Shown here in pieces: positions 1 to 9,673 of a stretch of 64,000 bases of DNA. The notes under the pieces are model-generated. The model ran no database searches. It had not been told where the DNA came from and was given only the letters and a program-made list of their open reading frames with translations. Position 1 is the stretch's first letter. Each line of letters starts with the position of its first letter. The translations under genes and the position numbers were made by a program. The stretch comes from Myxococcota bacterium (GTDB lineage Bacteria; Myxococcota_A; UBA796; GCA-2862545): assembly GCA_039208735.1 (NCBI GenBank), contig JBCCQY010000028.1, positions 10,595 to 74,594 on the forward strand. The letters are read 5' to 3'.

Positions 1-1
1 A

Positions 2-811
2 GTGATCGGGGACGTTCTCGAACTCCATGCCCAACCCGAGAACGCAGGTGCCTTGTTTCAGGTCGCCTCCCAGCTCAACACGCTGGAGTTTCCTGGTCCC
101 AACACGGTCCCCGAAGATGGCATCACCGGCTACGCCTCGGACCCTACTCAAGGACCGGCGTGTGCATTGGCAGCTGCCGCAGCCAGCGTCTACCGCAACG
201 ACTTCGTCCCTCTCGCGGGGGGCGTCGGCCAGCACCATGACACACAGATCGACCTGCTGTCAGATTTGGCCTTGCGCCTTGGTGAACCCGATGCCTATTT
301 CACCGTGCGCAATGGCTACACCTTTTCGGACACCTCTCGCTTGAACCAACTTGCAAGACGGCTGCGCCAGGTCGGTCGCGAGGCCTGCCTCGACCAAATC
401 CGCATTGGACTGCAAAGTCAGGTCGAGGTCACCTGGGCCCAGCGCTTCGTTCGACCCGAACGCCCCACCTTCGTCTCGCAAGCGTTCTGCAGCGCCATCT
501 CGTGCGGCTATGTCGCCTCCGTGCCGCTCCAAGCGTGGACGCCACTCGCCACCCTCGTACTGGATGCCATGTACGAGGCCACCCTTTGGGCCACCATCCT
601 CGACAAAGCGGAAGGACGAGGCAGCGGACGGGTGTGGTTGACCTTCGTGGGCGGAGGCGTGTTCGGCAACGAACCTGCCTGGATCGTCCATGCCATCCGC
701 CGAGCCATCGACCGGGTGCGGGGCTTCGCGATCGACATTCGCATCGCGCACTATGGCGAACTCCACCTTGGCTACGCCAATGCGATCGATCACCGAGGCA
801 CGGAAGGTTGA
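2..811 (+). CDS. Macrodomain/PARG-like hypothetical protein (probably 5'-truncated by the window edge)
   Basis: Motifs FQVASQLNTLE, DPTQGPACA and a macro-like GGGVFGN loop; ORF begins at the window edge. Confidence 0.5.
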   Translation: MIGDVLELHAQPENAGALFQVASQLNTLEFPGPNTVPEDGITGYASDPTQGPACALAAAAASVYRNDFVPLAGGVGQHHDTQIDLLSDLALRLGEPDAYFTVRNGYTFSDTSRLNQLARRLRQVGREACLDQIRIGLQSQVEVTWAQRFVRPERPTFVSQAFCSAISCGYVASVPLQAWTPLATLVLDAMYEATLWATILDKAEGRGSGRVWLTFVGGGVFGNEPAWIVHAIRRAIDRVRGFAIDIRIAHYGELHLGYANAIDHRGTEG

Positions 812-836
812 TCGCGTAAGCTTGGCTTACTCCTGA

Positions 837-1604
837 TCAATCCAGCTTCGCATCGAGCCTCACCCAGCGGTAGACCGCGCGTTCGATGCCCTCCTCATCG
901 AGCCAAAGCCGCAGTTCGCCCAGAACGGGCGTCGCTTGCCAGCTGCGGACCCACACCGAGTCCTCATCGGTATACGGCCCGTAGCGAGCCCGAAACCCGC
1001 CGGCTTCGACGACGACGTCCACCCCGGGGAGCGCGAGAAGTTCCGGAACCTGCGTCCCCACCCGGTGCGCAAGCACGACCCGTAGGTCGACCTTGGCCAA
1101 CTGGGGCAGCACGCGCCTCACCGCCGCCACCGCATCGGGCCCCGTTACGCCGGTGACGCCAACCGTGTGATCACCGGCCGAAAACGTCCGGAATGCAGGA
1201 AGGAAATCGAGGTTCGCCGAGAGCCAGGGCAAGTCGGGCGTCGCTTCGACCCCGGGGCGCTCGGCCGCGGTGGCCAGAAGGCCATCAAACGGCGAGGCCT
1301 GCACCATTGCAGCGTCGGTGTCGCGGGACGTGGAGGCGAGCAGACCACCTACGTTGAGCGTGAGGATCGGCGTGTTCGGCGTCCGACGTCGCATCGAACG
1401 AACGACCGAGGCCATCCGATCGAGGCCCCCCAAAGGCTCGATCGAACAACCGCACGGCCCCACGATGCCCTCCTGCTCACTCGCGACGAGCAACACGACA
1501 TCGGCATCGTCGGACACCAGCCGACGGCGCAGAGGTCCCTCGTTCGCGATCTCGGTGGTGACCTGCGGGGCGGCAGCCGCCCAGGAAAGCAGCGACGGAA
1601 GCAT
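837..1604 (-). CDS. Secreted 5'-nucleotidase/metallophosphoesterase-like protein (degenerate)
   Basis: GPCGC...GGLDR motif, LNVGG, PWLSAN, VGVTGV and VVLAH. Start placed at ATG 1604 (MLPSLLSWAAAA, signal-like); the longer ORF overlaps def. Confidence 0.5.
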   Translation of the reverse strand: MLPSLLSWAAAAPQVTTEIANEGPLRRRLVSDDADVVLLVASEQEGIVGPCGCSIEPLGGLDRMASVVRSMRRRTPNTPILTLNVGGLLASTSRDTDAAMVQASPFDGLLATAAERPGVEATPDLPWLSANLDFLPAFRTFSAGDHTVGVTGVTGPDAVAAVRRVLPQLAKVDLRVVLAHRVGTQVPELLALPGVDVVVEAGGFRARYGPYTDEDSVWVRSWQATPVLGELRLWLDEEGIERAVYRWVRLDAKLD

Positions 1605-1644
1605 GCCTCGACCATAAGAGGAACGCATCGACCGTGGAGGATCG

Positions 1645-2253
1645 ATGGCCATCCTCAAAGTGGCCCGCATGGGCCATCCTGTCCTTCGGCTCGAGGCGCA
1701 GCCGGTGCGTCCCGAGGACATCGCAACGGCGGGATTCCAACGCTTTTGCAACGATCTGCTGGAAACGATGATCGAGTACGACGGGGCGGGCCTGGCCGCT
1801 CCACAGGTGCACGTCCCCCTACGGGTCGCGGTGCTCACACTCGACGGCGAAGACGAGCCGCGCTTCTTTGTCAATCCCGAGGTGACCCCACTTGGCGAAG
1901 GTACGGCTCGCACGTGGGAAGGTTGCCTGTCGGTGCCGGGGTTTCGGGGGCTCGTGGAGCGACCCGACAAGGTCCGGGTGCGGGCTTTGATGCGTGACGG
2001 CAGCGAGTACGACGAAGTTCTCGAGGGTTTTTCGGCCGTCGTCGTGCAGCACGAGTTCGACCACCTCGATGGGGTGCTGTACGTCGACCGCGTGCTGCCA
2101 CGATCGCTTTTGTTCCTCGAGGAGTACCGCCGTTGGGGCCCCCCCGAGGAGTACGCCGAGGTCGAGGCCTACGAGGACGAAGAAGGATTTATCGATGATG
2201 ACGACGACGACGAGGAGGACACCGTGCCTTCCGCGTCGGTCACGGAGGCGTGA
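1645..2253 (+). CDS. def: Peptide deformylase with acidic C-terminal tail
   Basis: Motifs GAGLAAPQ, EGCLS and QHEFDH; GGAGG RBS upstream. Confidence 0.95.
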   Translation: MAILKVARMGHPVLRLEAQPVRPEDIATAGFQRFCNDLLETMIEYDGAGLAAPQVHVPLRVAVLTLDGEDEPRFFVNPEVTPLGEGTARTWEGCLSVPGFRGLVERPDKVRVRALMRDGSEYDEVLEGFSAVVVQHEFDHLDGVLYVDRVLPRSLLFLEEYRRWGPPEEYAEVEAYEDEEGFIDDDDDDEEDTVPSASVTEA

Positions 2254-3554
2254 TGGGACTGCTTTCCTGGCTGTTTCCAACCCCTGAGGACCGGGTGGCC
2301 CGCGCCCGCCGGTTCTTCGAACAGAACCGTCCGGACGAGGCTCGCCTGGAGTTGCTCGGCGTCGACCACCCCGATGCGCAGGAATTGCTGGCCCGCGCAC
2401 ACCGGGAACTCGCGGTGGCCAACCTCGATGCCGCGGTGTCTTGGGCTCGGGCCGGCGACGACGATCGCGTGCGCATCCACCTTGAACTCGCGGACCAATT
2501 CCACGAAGGGGGCCTCGAAGAGCGCTTTCGAGAGGCCCGCCGTGAAATGCGAGAAATGCGAGAGGCCCGTCGCGCGGTGGAGGCCGATGCCCAGCGGGAA
2601 GCCCAAGCCCGTTTGTTCGACCTCGACGTGCCCGAACAATTCGACGACGGCACCGCGGGCCTGCTTCCCCACGCCGACGATCCGGAACGGGAAGAAGTGG
2701 AGCAGCGCATCGCGCTGTTGATCGAAAACTACCCCGACGCGCTCGAAGGAACGGTTCGCGATCTTGGCCCTGAGTTCATCACGGCGGTGCTCGAACTCGA
2801 GAACGGCAACCCTCAAGACGCACTGATGGGGCTGCTCGATCTGCCCGACAAGCAGCCTCTGGTGCAGTGGGAACGCGCCCGGGCCGCTCATGCCTTGGGC
2901 GATGCCTCCTCCGCGGCGACCGCCCTCCGCGCGTTCGCCAAGTTTGCCAAGGGACACCACCGCATCGGCAACACCCATTCCGGCACCTACCTGGCCCAGC
3001 TTTTGGCCGAATCGGGGGAGCTTGACGAGGCCCTCCGGGTGCTCCGCGACGTGCGACGCAAGGCCCCCCAAGAGGGTGGCGCCTTGTTTGCGCAGCTGCT
3101 GATGGTGACGGGCGAACTCGAGAAGGCCGAAACCGTGACGAAAGACCTTCTCAAGAAGTCGCCCAAGGCGATGCCGCTTTACGGTCTGCTCGCGCGCATT
3201 CGTTTGGCCGGCGACCACCGGGTCGAAGCGATGCGCGCCCTGGAAGCAGGTCTCGAAGCCACCCATTGTCCACCTGGAAAGTGCGGCTACCAGCCACCGG
3301 ACCTCGACGCGCACCGGCTGCTTGCCACGCTCTACCTCGAAGACGGCATCGAAACGCAACGAGCCCTTGAACTCTCTGCAACTGCGGCGAGCCTGGTCAA
3401 CCGACCATCGTGGGACGACATCTACCTGCGCGCCCTCGTAGCGAAAGCGACGCAGGAACCCGATGCGATGGCCCTGGCCGAGCGACTACTGCAGTCGACG
3501 CCCGAGGACGATCCGCGGCGTCCAAAGGTCCTTGCGCTGACGAGCGCGAGCTAG
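2250..3554 (+). CDS. TPR/helical-repeat protein
   Basis: Ala/Leu-rich TPR-like helices and a CPPGKCG motif; 4-nt overlap with the def stop. Confidence 0.65.
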   Translation: MMGLLSWLFPTPEDRVARARRFFEQNRPDEARLELLGVDHPDAQELLARAHRELAVANLDAAVSWARAGDDDRVRIHLELADQFHEGGLEERFREARREMREMREARRAVEADAQREAQARLFDLDVPEQFDDGTAGLLPHADDPEREEVEQRIALLIENYPDALEGTVRDLGPEFITAVLELENGNPQDALMGLLDLPDKQPLVQWERARAAHALGDASSAATALRAFAKFAKGHHRIGNTHSGTYLAQLLAESGELDEALRVLRDVRRKAPQEGGALFAQLLMVTGELEKAETVTKDLLKKSPKAMPLYGLLARIRLAGDHRVEAMRALEAGLEATHCPPGKCGYQPPDLDAHRLLATLYLEDGIETQRALELSATAASLVNRPSWDDIYLRALVAKATQEPDAMALAERLLQSTPEDDPRRPKVLALTSAS

Positions 3555-3556
3555 CT

Positions 3557-3585
3557 GACTCGCGCAAGAGAAGCTTGCGCGAGTC
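3557..3585. terminator. Probable bidirectional terminator hairpin
   Basis: Perfect 12-bp inverted repeat GACTCGCGCAAG-agaag-CTTGCGCGAGTC between two convergent stops; no U-tract. Confidence 0.6.
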
Positions 3586-3588
3586 TCA

Positions 3589-5019
3589 TCAACGGCCAAC
3601 GCGAAACCCAATCCCTCCGGTCACGGTGACCACGGGCTGCCCTTCCCACACGTCGGACTCCCGCTGACGGGAAGGCGCAAACCCGGCCCACCCCGAAGCC
3701 CGCACCTCGAAGCGCTCGGACAGGGCCCGCTGGAGGCGTGCGCCAACCCCCACATGGTAGGGAAACAGCACGCCTACGGTGCCTTGGAGCCACGATGTTC
3801 CGACGGCCACGTGCGGTACGGGACGTAGACGCACGGCCCGGTCGCCCGTGATGGCAACGGCAGGCGCCCCCAACGGTACGAACAAATCCACGCCAGCGCC
3901 GATCCACACCGGTCCGACGGCGGTAGCCCCCTGCAGGTACCCCCCGGTGGTGATGGCATTCACCGCGGCAAACGTCGGGTCGACCTCGACAGGGTTCTGC
4001 AGGTAAAAGTCTTGGCTACCAAACCATCCGCCCAGCACCCCCGCGGAGATCATCCAGCGGGCGTCTTCGGTTCCTTCGGCGGGAGGCGCTGGCGGGGCAA
4101 TGACCGATGTAAGCACCCCCTCGCGAACTTCGAGCAACTCGACCCCGGATTCGGAGGGACGAGCCAGCCAGACCTCGCCCATCGCGTCGAGGAAAGGACG
4201 TAGATCATCGGGAATCGCGTCGCCGGCTTGGAGGGTTCGTCCAAACTCGACCAACCGACCCGGGGCAAGGCTCGCCCTAAGTTCGGTCCGTTGGCCCGAC
4301 TGCACATTCGCGACGTAGCGCTCGATGACCACGCCTTGGCGCTGGACGTGGATCCAATGGCGCCCTGGGGCCAACGTGAGCTGCCCACCGGGAGCTGGCC
4401 CCGCCGGTCGCCCGTCCACGAACACCGTGTCGCGGGGGCCCAGTTCGGGCAACGCCACGAGTCCCGCCAGGCCCTCGGCAAACCGCGCACGTCGCTCTGC
4501 ATAAGCGACCCGTTGCGGAGCCTCTGCCACGTCGTAAGCCGTAATCTCACGTTCCGGAGCGATGGCGTAGGCCTCGGCCCAGGGTCGTTCCACCGTGGTG
4601 CCAGCCACCTCGACCCGCCAGGGCCCTGCGCTGGGCGCTTCGGCCAACCGGTCGCCGTAGAGCCGGTTCACCGCGAATCCTTGGTACGCCAAGGCAGTAA
4701 ACAGCTGGCCACGCGCGACGTCATCCGGCACCAACGTCAACGCGCCGATCGCCGGCTCCAGAATCTGCAGGATCAACGTCTCGCCATCGAGCTGCGATTC
4801 GAACTTGCGCGCGGATTCCAACGCCGCCGCGAGGTCTTGCCAAGCGTCGGCATCGGCATCCGTGCGTGCGGTCGGGGCAGCGCGAAGCATCACGAGCGGC
4901 AAGTCGGGTCGCCCAACCTCGGACCGCAGCGCCACCTGTGCGACATCTCCCGGCCCCGGAGGCGCGATCCACACGACATCCGCGGCCCACGCAGTCAGGC
5001 TGAGTACCGTCAGGAGCAT
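3589..5019 (-). CDS. Exported protein: helical N-domain, PEGA-like domain and C-terminal beta-barrel-like strands
   Basis: Signal peptide MLLTVLSLTAWA, PEGA-like VFVDG...LAPGRH, amphipathic beta strands ending GGIGFRVGR. Start ATG 5019 has a GGAG RBS. Confidence 0.55.
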   Translation of the reverse strand: MLLTVLSLTAWAADVVWIAPPGPGDVAQVALRSEVGRPDLPLVMLRAAPTARTDADADAWQDLAAALESARKFESQLDGETLILQILEPAIGALTLVPDDVARGQLFTALAYQGFAVNRLYGDRLAEAPSAGPWRVEVAGTTVERPWAEAYAIAPEREITAYDVAEAPQRVAYAERRARFAEGLAGLVALPELGPRDTVFVDGRPAGPAPGGQLTLAPGRHWIHVQRQGVVIERYVANVQSGQRTELRASLAPGRLVEFGRTLQAGDAIPDDLRPFLDAMGEVWLARPSESGVELLEVREGVLTSVIAPPAPPAEGTEDARWMISAGVLGGWFGSQDFYLQNPVEVDPTFAAVNAITTGGYLQGATAVGPVWIGAGVDLFVPLGAPAVAITGDRAVRLRPVPHVAVGTSWLQGTVGVLFPYHVGVGARLQRALSERFEVRASGWAGFAPSRQRESDVWEGQPVVTVTGGIGFRVGR

Positions 5020-6560
5020 GTCATCTCCTCCCCGTTGACTCGGCACGCGACGGTGCGTGGCGCAGTCACCTCGACCACGCTCTGGTAGTCGACGCCAAGG
5101 TAGTTCGCCCGGACCTCGCATGAACCTGCCGGAAAGCCCTCGATGCGCGCCGAAGAGGTCCCGCGAGCCTCGACGGTTCCACAGCCCACCCAGATCCCCG
5201 AGGCGTTCTTGAGCGTAAAGAGGGCTTTGCTGACCTCCACCGTCGGCTTGGACGGGCCCTTTGGACGAGGCCGGGGGGCGAGCTTGGGCGCCACGGGAGC
5301 AACGGAGGGCGTGGGTTTTGGCTGCACCGAGGTGGGTCCCACCTCCGACACGGGCGCAGGGGCAAACTCGAGCGACGTGCCCGGTGCCATGGCCTCCACG
5401 GCAGGGCGCTCGGAGGCCCCTCGCACCACGTCGAAGGTGATGAAACCCGCCACGGCAAACGCCACCAGACCCGCTCCCCCGACCAAGACCCCCAACAACG
5501 CCGCCACCGCCGTCCATGAAGGAAGGCGCGCACCCGTGCTGGACAGGCCGCTGGGATCGAGCGAGTCCGACCGCAGCACCGTGGCCTCGTCACGCGAGCC
5601 CTCTTCGAGAACCCCCTCGGCGGTGTCGCCCACCTCGGCGGTGGAGGACCGCAAGCGAGGCACCACGCGGGCCGCGAACGCTTGCAGCGACTCGCCGGGC
5701 AACGACGCCACCGCCCCAGCCCACGCTTTTGAGACCTCAGAGGCCGTGGGTCGTTCACCAGGCTCCGCCGACAACGTCTGAACCAAGGCCGAAAGCGCAT
5801 CACTCCAGGCCGGCGGTGCGTCTGGAGGCGGCGTGAGCCGTGCGATGGCCTCGCTCACCAACGTCGCGTGTTGCTTGGGCAGGGCCGGCGTTCGGCCCAA
5901 CGGTTCGCCACAAAGAAGTTCGTAAACCGTCGCCCCGAGCGCGTACACATCGCCCGCGGCGGTATCGCCCTGCCCCAAGATGCGTTCGGGCGCCATGTAG
6001 CGCTCCGTTCCTACCCATCCCACGCCCTTGGTCTGATGCTCCCGGCCCTCGAGCGAAAACCGAGCCACGCCAAAGTCAAGCACCTTGACCTCGGCTTCCG
6101 CGGTGATGCGCACGTTCGACGGCTTGATGTCGCGGTGAACCACATTGAGGGGTTGACCATCCGAATCGGTCGCCGCACTCGCCGCCGCAAGGGCGCGCCC
6201 AATTCCCGCGCCAATGGCAAACGCGGCCGCCGGCGGAACCGGACCCTGGTGCGAAAGCACTTCGAGGTCGACGCCGGGAATGTGGTCCATCACAATGGCC
6301 CACCGCTGCCCCAACCGAACCAGATCGAGCACCGCCACGATGTTGCGGTGTTGAAGCTGGCCGAGGACCCGTGCTTCGTCGCGCATCCGAGTTTCTGCCT
6401 CGGTCTTCCGAGCCACGCTGCTATTGAGGACCTTGAGGGCCACCAGTCGGCGAAATCCGCCTTCAGACTCCTGTTCGGCGAGGTAAACGCGCCCAAAGGC
6501 TCCCTCGCCGAGAATCCGCTTGAGGTGGTAACGACGCCCTGAAGGTCGCGGAGAACTCAT
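5010..6560 (-). CDS. Membrane Ser/Thr protein kinase
   Basis: GEGAFG, VALK, HRDIKPSN, DFG and YMAPE motifs; one TM helix; Pro-rich periplasmic region. Confidence 0.92.
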   Translation of the reverse strand: MSSPRPSGRRYHLKRILGEGAFGRVYLAEQESEGGFRRLVALKVLNSSVARKTEAETRMRDEARVLGQLQHRNIVAVLDLVRLGQRWAIVMDHIPGVDLEVLSHQGPVPPAAAFAIGAGIGRALAAASAATDSDGQPLNVVHRDIKPSNVRITAEAEVKVLDFGVARFSLEGREHQTKGVGWVGTERYMAPERILGQGDTAAGDVYALGATVYELLCGEPLGRTPALPKQHATLVSEAIARLTPPPDAPPAWSDALSALVQTLSAEPGERPTASEVSKAWAGAVASLPGESLQAFAARVVPRLRSSTAEVGDTAEGVLEEGSRDEATVLRSDSLDPSGLSSTGARLPSWTAVAALLGVLVGGAGLVAFAVAGFITFDVVRGASERPAVEAMAPGTSLEFAPAPVSEVGPTSVQPKPTPSVAPVAPKLAPRPRPKGPSKPTVEVSKALFTLKNASGIWVGCGTVEARGTSSARIEGFPAGSCEVRANYLGVDYQSVVEVTAPRTVACRVNGEEMTCS

Positions 6561-6988
6561 GGGCAGGTCACTCCATCCGGCGCTTCGAGGGTGACTTCGA
6601 CCTGGGCCTCGGGGCCGAGCGGCAAGTGGTTGTTGGTGACCAAGCTGACCGAAAGCAACACGTTCGACCCATCCGAGAAGGATTCGCGGTCGTAGTCATC
6701 ACACCACGTGGCGGCACTACGGCAAAAGCCGCGTTCCAGACTTGGCCCTCCATGCCAATGCCCTTCGCCGTCTACGGGTTCACGGTCGTCTTCAGGGTCC
6801 ACCAGCGTCAGTCCATCGATGTCAACCACGAGGATGGTCTCGATTTCGCAGTTGTCGTTGAGGGTCAGGGTCTGACCTTGCTCGGGAAACTTCACTTCGA
6901 TGGCAGGGCCAGCATTGACGGTGATGGGATCGGGCGGAGCACAGGCCATCACGATGGACCCGATCAGCAACGCGACGCGAAACGACAT
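6557..6988 (-). CDS. Small lipoprotein (Ig-like, Cys-containing)
   Basis: Lipobox VMAC and GEGHWH motif; overlaps the kinase start by 4 nt. Confidence 0.6.
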   Translation of the reverse strand: MSFRVALLIGSIVMACAPPDPITVNAGPAIEVKFPEQGQTLTLNDNCEIETILVVDIDGLTLVDPEDDREPVDGEGHWHGGPSLERGFCRSAATWCDDYDRESFSDGSNVLLSVSLVTNNHLPLGPEAQVEVTLEAPDGVTCP

Positions 6989-7054
6989 GACATCCTCTCT
7001 TCATCAGGGCGGACCGGGTTCGCCGCGATAGGCGTCCCGAAGGAGGCCGGACCG

Positions 7055-9613
7055 TTGGCTTACGACCATCAGACGATTGAGCCCAAGTGGCAAGCGTGGT
7101 GGGCCGATCATGGCACGTTCCACGCGACCGAGGACCCGTCGAAACCAAAATTCTACGTGCTTTGCATGTTCCCCTACCCGAGCGGTTCGGGGCTCCATGT
7201 CGGGCATCCCGAGAGCTACACCGCCGTAGACATCATGGCGCGGTTCAAGCGAATGCGGGGATTAAACGTTCTTAATCCGATTGGCTTCGACAGCTTTGGC
7301 CTTCCCGCAGAACGGGCTGCGCAGCGGGAAAATCGTCACCCTGCCGAAATCACGCGCGAAAACATCGCGTACTTTCGGCAGCAGATGCAGGCCCTTGGGT
7401 TTTCGTTCAACTGGGAACGCGAAGTCTCGACCCACACCGTCGAGTACTACCGCTGGACCCAGTGGATCTTCCTGAAGCTTCACGAGCAAGGCCTCGCCTA
7501 TCTGGCCGAGGTTCCGGTGAACTGGTGCCCCGCTCAGGGGACGGTGTTGGCCAACGAAGAAGTCGTCGATGGGCGCTACGTCGAAACGGGCGACCCGGTC
7601 GAGCGGCGCCTCATGAAGCAATGGATGCTCAAGATCACGGTCTACGCCCAGCGGCTGCTCGATGATCTCGAAGGCCTGGATTGGCCGGCCGGCATTCTCA
7701 AGCAACAGGCGGACTGGATTGGGCGCTCGGAAGGAGCCGAGGTGCGGTTTGAGGTCGCGGAGCACGACGATTCGTTCGTGGTCTACACCACCCGCCCAGA
7801 CACCCTGTTTGGCGCCACCTACTGCGTGCTGGCCCCCGAGCATGGGCTCGTCGAATCGATCACCACCGACGCTCAACGGGCCGAAGTCGAAGCCTACGTC
7901 GAACAGGCCCGCAACCGGTCGGACATGGACCGTCAACTCGCCGCCGAAAAAGAGAAGACCGGGGTCTTCACGGGAGCCTACGCGGTGAACCCGGTCAACG
8001 GCGAAAAGGTCCCGATCTGGGTCGCCGACTACGTCCTGGTGACCTACGGCACCGGGGCCATCATGGCGGTGCCCGCTCACGATGAACGCGACCACGCGTT
8101 CGCCAAGAAGTTCGGCATCGAGATTCGCCCGGTCTACGACCCTGGCAACGACCATGACTTCAACGAGGCGGCGTGGCCGGGAGAAGGCAAAGCCGTAGGC
8201 TCGGGAGAATTCGACGGGCTCACCGTCGAGCAGTTCAAGCCCGCGATCCTCGATTGGCTCGAGAAGCACGACAAGGGCGAGCGAAAGATCAACTACAAGC
8301 TCCGGGACTGGCTGTTCTCCCGGCAGCGGTATTGGGGCGAGCCCTTCCCCATCGTCCACCTCGACACGGGCGAAGTGGTGCCCCTGCCCTACGATGACCT
8401 ACCGGTGACGCTTCCCCACGTCGATGCCTACCGACCCACCGAAGACGGCCGCCCTCCGCTGGCCCGCGCCGACGAGAGCTGGCTGCGCACCGAAGTGAAC
8501 GGCCAGCCCGGTACCCGCGAGACCAACACGATGCCCCAGTGGGCGGGAAGTTGCTGGTACTACCTGCGCTACATGGACCCGCACAACACCGAGCTGCCCT
8601 TTTCGCAGGATGCGGTCAACTACTGGCAGAACGTCGACCTGTACATCGGTGGGGCCGAGCATGCCGTGCTGCACCTGCTCTACGCTCGGTTCTGGCACAA
8701 GGTGCTCTTCGATTGTGGCCTGGTGCCGACGAAAGAACCGTTCCAGCGGCTCTTCAACCAAGGGATGATCCAGTCGTACGCCTACCGCGAGGAAGCCGGT
8801 CGCTACTACCATCCCGACCAGGTCGAGCAGCGCGCGGGCGAGCACGTCGAAATCCGGAGTGCTCACTCGGGTGAACCCGTCCAGACCGATTGGTTTACCG
8901 GCGAAGGCACGGCCGTCGAACAGACCCTCGGCAAGATGGGCAAGTCGCTCAACAACAGCGTCGACCCCCTCGATATCAGTCGGAAGTACGGCGCCGACAC
9001 CCTGCGCATGTACGAGATGTTCATGGGGCCGCTCGAGCAGGCCAAACCATGGCAGACCAGCGGCTGCGAAGGCATTCACCGTTTCCTGTCTCGCGTTTGG
9101 CGTCTATTCCTCGACGACGGTGATGGCGCCCGGAACTTTGGCGAGACCTCGGCTGAGGTCAAGCGTGCGTTGCACCTGGCCATTCGTGAAGCCACCGACG
9201 GCATCGAGGCGTTGAAACTCAATACGCCGATCAGCCGCATGATGGAGTTCGTGAACGCCTGCAAGGGCCAACTCCCTGCCGAGGCCGAGGCCCTCGACTT
9301 CCTGCGCATCTTGTCGCCGTTCGCTCCGCACATCGCCGAAGAACTCTGGGAAAAGCTCGGCCACACCACCTCGATCGCCCACGAGACGTGGCCCGAGGTC
9401 GACGAACGTGCCCTCGTGCTCGACGAGGTCGAGATGGCGGTGCAAGTCAACGGGAAAGTCCGCGCGAAGATCAAGGTGCCCTCATCGGCCGACAAGGACG
9501 CCGTTTTGGCGTTGGCCAAGTCCGATGACAACGTGATTCGCTACCTGGACGGCAAGACGCTGAAGCGCGAGATCGTGGTGCCCGGCCGGCTCGTCAACCT
9601 CGTCGTGGGGTAG
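7055..9613 (+). CDS. leuS: Leucyl-tRNA synthetase
   Basis: MFPYPSG-LHVGH, TTRPDT editing motif, RDWLFSRQRYWG, KMGKS. TTG start at 7055 follows AGGAGG. Confidence 0.97.
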   Translation: MAYDHQTIEPKWQAWWADHGTFHATEDPSKPKFYVLCMFPYPSGSGLHVGHPESYTAVDIMARFKRMRGLNVLNPIGFDSFGLPAERAAQRENRHPAEITRENIAYFRQQMQALGFSFNWEREVSTHTVEYYRWTQWIFLKLHEQGLAYLAEVPVNWCPAQGTVLANEEVVDGRYVETGDPVERRLMKQWMLKITVYAQRLLDDLEGLDWPAGILKQQADWIGRSEGAEVRFEVAEHDDSFVVYTTRPDTLFGATYCVLAPEHGLVESITTDAQRAEVEAYVEQARNRSDMDRQLAAEKEKTGVFTGAYAVNPVNGEKVPIWVADYVLVTYGTGAIMAVPAHDERDHAFAKKFGIEIRPVYDPGNDHDFNEAAWPGEGKAVGSGEFDGLTVEQFKPAILDWLEKHDKGERKINYKLRDWLFSRQRYWGEPFPIVHLDTGEVVPLPYDDLPVTLPHVDAYRPTEDGRPPLARADESWLRTEVNGQPGTRETNTMPQWAGSCWYYLRYMDPHNTELPFSQDAVNYWQNVDLYIGGAEHAVLHLLYARFWHKVLFDCGLVPTKEPFQRLFNQGMIQSYAYREEAGRYYHPDQVEQRAGEHVEIRSAHSGEPVQTDWFTGEGTAVEQTLGKMGKSLNNSVDPLDISRKYGADTLRMYEMFMGPLEQAKPWQTSGCEGIHRFLSRVWRLFLDDGDGARNFGETSAEVKRALHLAIREATDGIEALKLNTPISRMMEFVNACKGQLPAEAEALDFLRILSPFAPHIAEELWEKLGHTTSIAHETWPEVDERALVLDEVEMAVQVNGKVRAKIKVPSSADKDAVLALAKSDDNVIRYLDGKTLKREIVVPGRLVNLVVG

Positions 9614-9673
9614 CCGTCCTGCAACGCTGCTTGTATGCTGACGAGGTAGCACTCGCTTTTGTGAGGCAGGCCC

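Noticed and set aside
6626..7054. N-terminal extension of LeuS given by the ORF track
   Set aside because: It overlaps a minus-strand lipoprotein gene; an AGGAGG-TTG start at 7055 matches normal LeuS N-termini.
9647..9672. CIRCE-like TAGCACTC upstream of the kinase
   Set aside because: Only the left half-site matches; there is no GAGTGCTAA at 9-nt spacing, and the downstream gene is not a chaperone.
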